Shown here: piece after piece, positions 61,929 through 64,000 of the stretch
Layout: each line of letters opens with the position of its first letter
How positions within the stretch are numbered: the first letter of the stretch is position 1
NCBI RefSeq assembly: GCF_006345805.1
Contig: NW_021831284.1
Span: 62,001 to 126,000 of the forward strand
Reading direction: 5' to 3'
From: Octopus sinensis
Lineage: Eukaryota
DNA length: 64,000 bases
Position numbers and translations under genes: made by a program
The notes under the pieces: generated by a model
The model's database searches: none
The model's input: the letters and a program-made list of their open reading frames with translations, nothing else
Told to the model about the DNA's origin: nothing

Positions 61929-63495
61929 ATGTCTATGTGGGGTCTAACAAACTATGACATGTTTCTTCCATTAATCTGTACAATACAAATTTGTGAATTT
62001 GCATGGAATATATATTTAAATAACAGACAAGTTAAACATAGATAACTATTATTATAGTATAAAGTATACAAAACATACACAAAAATTCGAGCTGAACACA
62101 GTAATCTTGTTTCAGACAGCGTTTTCGAAAAATCTCGACTTTATAAACTTGATAAAAGCAAATTCGGATTTACAATGTCAATATTTGATATTTTTTTAAT
62201 CTTTGTTTTATTAATTTATATAATTATTAAAGCTTTCGATTGCTACGCAAATTTACAAAACCGTTTGGATTATTTCCAGCAATATCAATTCTAATCAAGT
62301 TTTTTTTGCGAATAAAATGTTTTAGTATGTCGCAACAATCATTTTTTTTGACAATCTTACCTTGTCTACGTACACTAATTTTCGTTCCCTTTTCTTACTA
62401 TTCTGACTTTTTAATAGAAGCTAGACATGGTTTCAACAAACAAGTATTTTATCACTATTATAATTTTTATTAGACAGTGACGTTTTTTATTAAAGACAAA
62501 ATAAAAAAATTGTTGTTGATTTTATTTTTCGGGATTTTTATTGGGGTGGTTACACTCTTTATAATAAATAAAACTGGAGAATCATTTGCGAATTATTTAA
62601 CACAATTCGTTTTTATTGTCAATTTAGTGAGTCATTTTGAATTATGTTTAGTTTATTTTTTTATATATATGGAGAGTTTATAGCTCCTTTATTTGATACT
62701 TTTCGTGAATTGCCACAGTCAGAGTTGCGTACAAGAATTGAAGATTTGGCCTCTTCTTTGAACTTTCCCCTTCATAGACTTTTTGTGGTTGAAGGTAATT
62801 TTTTATTATTTTATTTTTTAGGATCCAAAAGATCATCTCACAGTAATGCTTATGTGACTGGATTTTATAAAAAGAAGAAAATTATTTTATACGATACTCT
62901 TATTGGAGCCGATAATTCGGAAAATGTAAAATTTAGTTTTTATAAATATTTTAGAATGAAAAAACTATCCAAGACGAATCTTCTCAATCAGGCGAAAGAA
63001 TGACCAATGATGAGATTGTGGCAATTCTAGCCCACGAATTAGGTCATTGGAAAAACTGGGACGTTTTTAAAATATTTGCCCTTCTTCAAGTATCTTTTTT
63101 TCATTAGTTAGATTCAACTTTTCATTACATTCAAAACATGTGGATATTTTTTGTATAACTCTAAATTCTACAATGCCTTTGGGTTTGGAACTGTGAATGT
63201 TCCAGAAATGCCTCCGTTGATTGGACTTGTCTTAATTGTTTACCTTATTTTACCACTTCAAGAACTATTGAATATATTAATGGTCACTGCGACTAGATAT
63301 AACGAGTTTGGAGCTGACAGATTTTCTACAATGATTGGATATGGGGATTACTTACAATCTGCATTAAAAAAATTGTATCGAAATAATTTGTCGTTTATTT
63401 ACGATGATTGGTTATATGCCAAATTGAAATATACACATCCACCATTGATTGAGAGACTCGATGCAATAATCAATGATTCCAAAAAGATTTCTTAG
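61929..63495 (+). CDS. ZMPSTE24: CAAX prenyl protease 1 (STE24/ZMPSTE24)
   Basis: RQ|YKVYK, FEKSRLYKLDKS, IEARHGFNKQ, IAPLFD, GSKRSSHSNAY, AILAHELGHW, EFGADRF, YTHPPLIERL; introns 22-31 nt; two apparent +1 T-run frameshifts (~62342-49, ~62656-62). Confidence 0.93.
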
Positions 63496-64000
63496 TTTAG
63501 TGGGAATATGATTTTTTTTTGATTAAAAATAATACTTTAACTCAAATACATTAGAGTTTTAAATAAAAAAATCAATAAATTGAAATTAGAATTCACAGGC
63601 GAGAATCTATTTTAAATATTCTTAATTAATCTAAATGAATTACTCAAGTTACTCATATTTTTTTTTGTCAATAAAAATTCCGAATTGTCAGAAAAGAATA
63701 AAAGAAGGTTTCAAATTAGTACATATAATGCATATTGACTTATAACTATTTCTTTATCGAGGAACACTATGAAAATCGTCATTACGATAAATTCTACAAG
63801 GTTACAGATGAATCACGTTTACTAAAAATCACACGACCTCAGGTCTATAATTCCGGATATAGAGTGTAAAATTAACAAAATAAATTCGAAAAAATAAAAT
63901 AAAACAATAGAATCACATCAATTAATTAAAATTAAATTGAAAATTAAAATTATAAATATGAGGCTACTTGACGATCCAGTTTCATGTTTATCCCTATCAC

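Overview
AT-rich eukaryotic genomic DNA, not prokaryotic. A Csk-type SH3-SH2-tyrosine kinase and an ankyrin ZU5-UPA region point to a holozoan, most likely an animal. Every host gene I could reconstruct by hand is cut by tiny spliceosomal introns, almost all 22-34 nt, which is why the six-frame ORF track looks shredded. That intron size suggests a genome-reduced parasite such as a dicyemid or myxozoan (inference only). Host genes reconstructed: ankyrin-like 3' end, DNAJB12/14, CSK, CPSF6/7-like, a sorbitol-dehydrogenase-like MDR, HRI (EIF2AK1)-like kinase, ZMPSTE24/STE24, tRNA-Thr(UGU), a decayed MFAP1, an orphan minus-strand gene split by a Merlin MITE, an Asn/Tyr-repeat orphan, and a tandem orphan family with three copies. 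A large share of the window is nested transposable elements: hAT, Merlin, Tc1, pogo, Helitron, RTE, CRE, R2/NeSL-like and I/Jockey-like LINE. The most unusual signals are host-sized micro-introns inside hAT and Merlin transposases (one position shared by two Merlin families), a probable GT-TG 25-nt intron, a DIM1 fragment fused in frame to a CRE-type RT, an in-frame RT/endonuclease chimera between two retroelement clades, and a Helitron-borne 93-bp satellite. All gene models are manual and unverified by expression data. Several 1-nt homopolymer frameshifts may be assembly errors.
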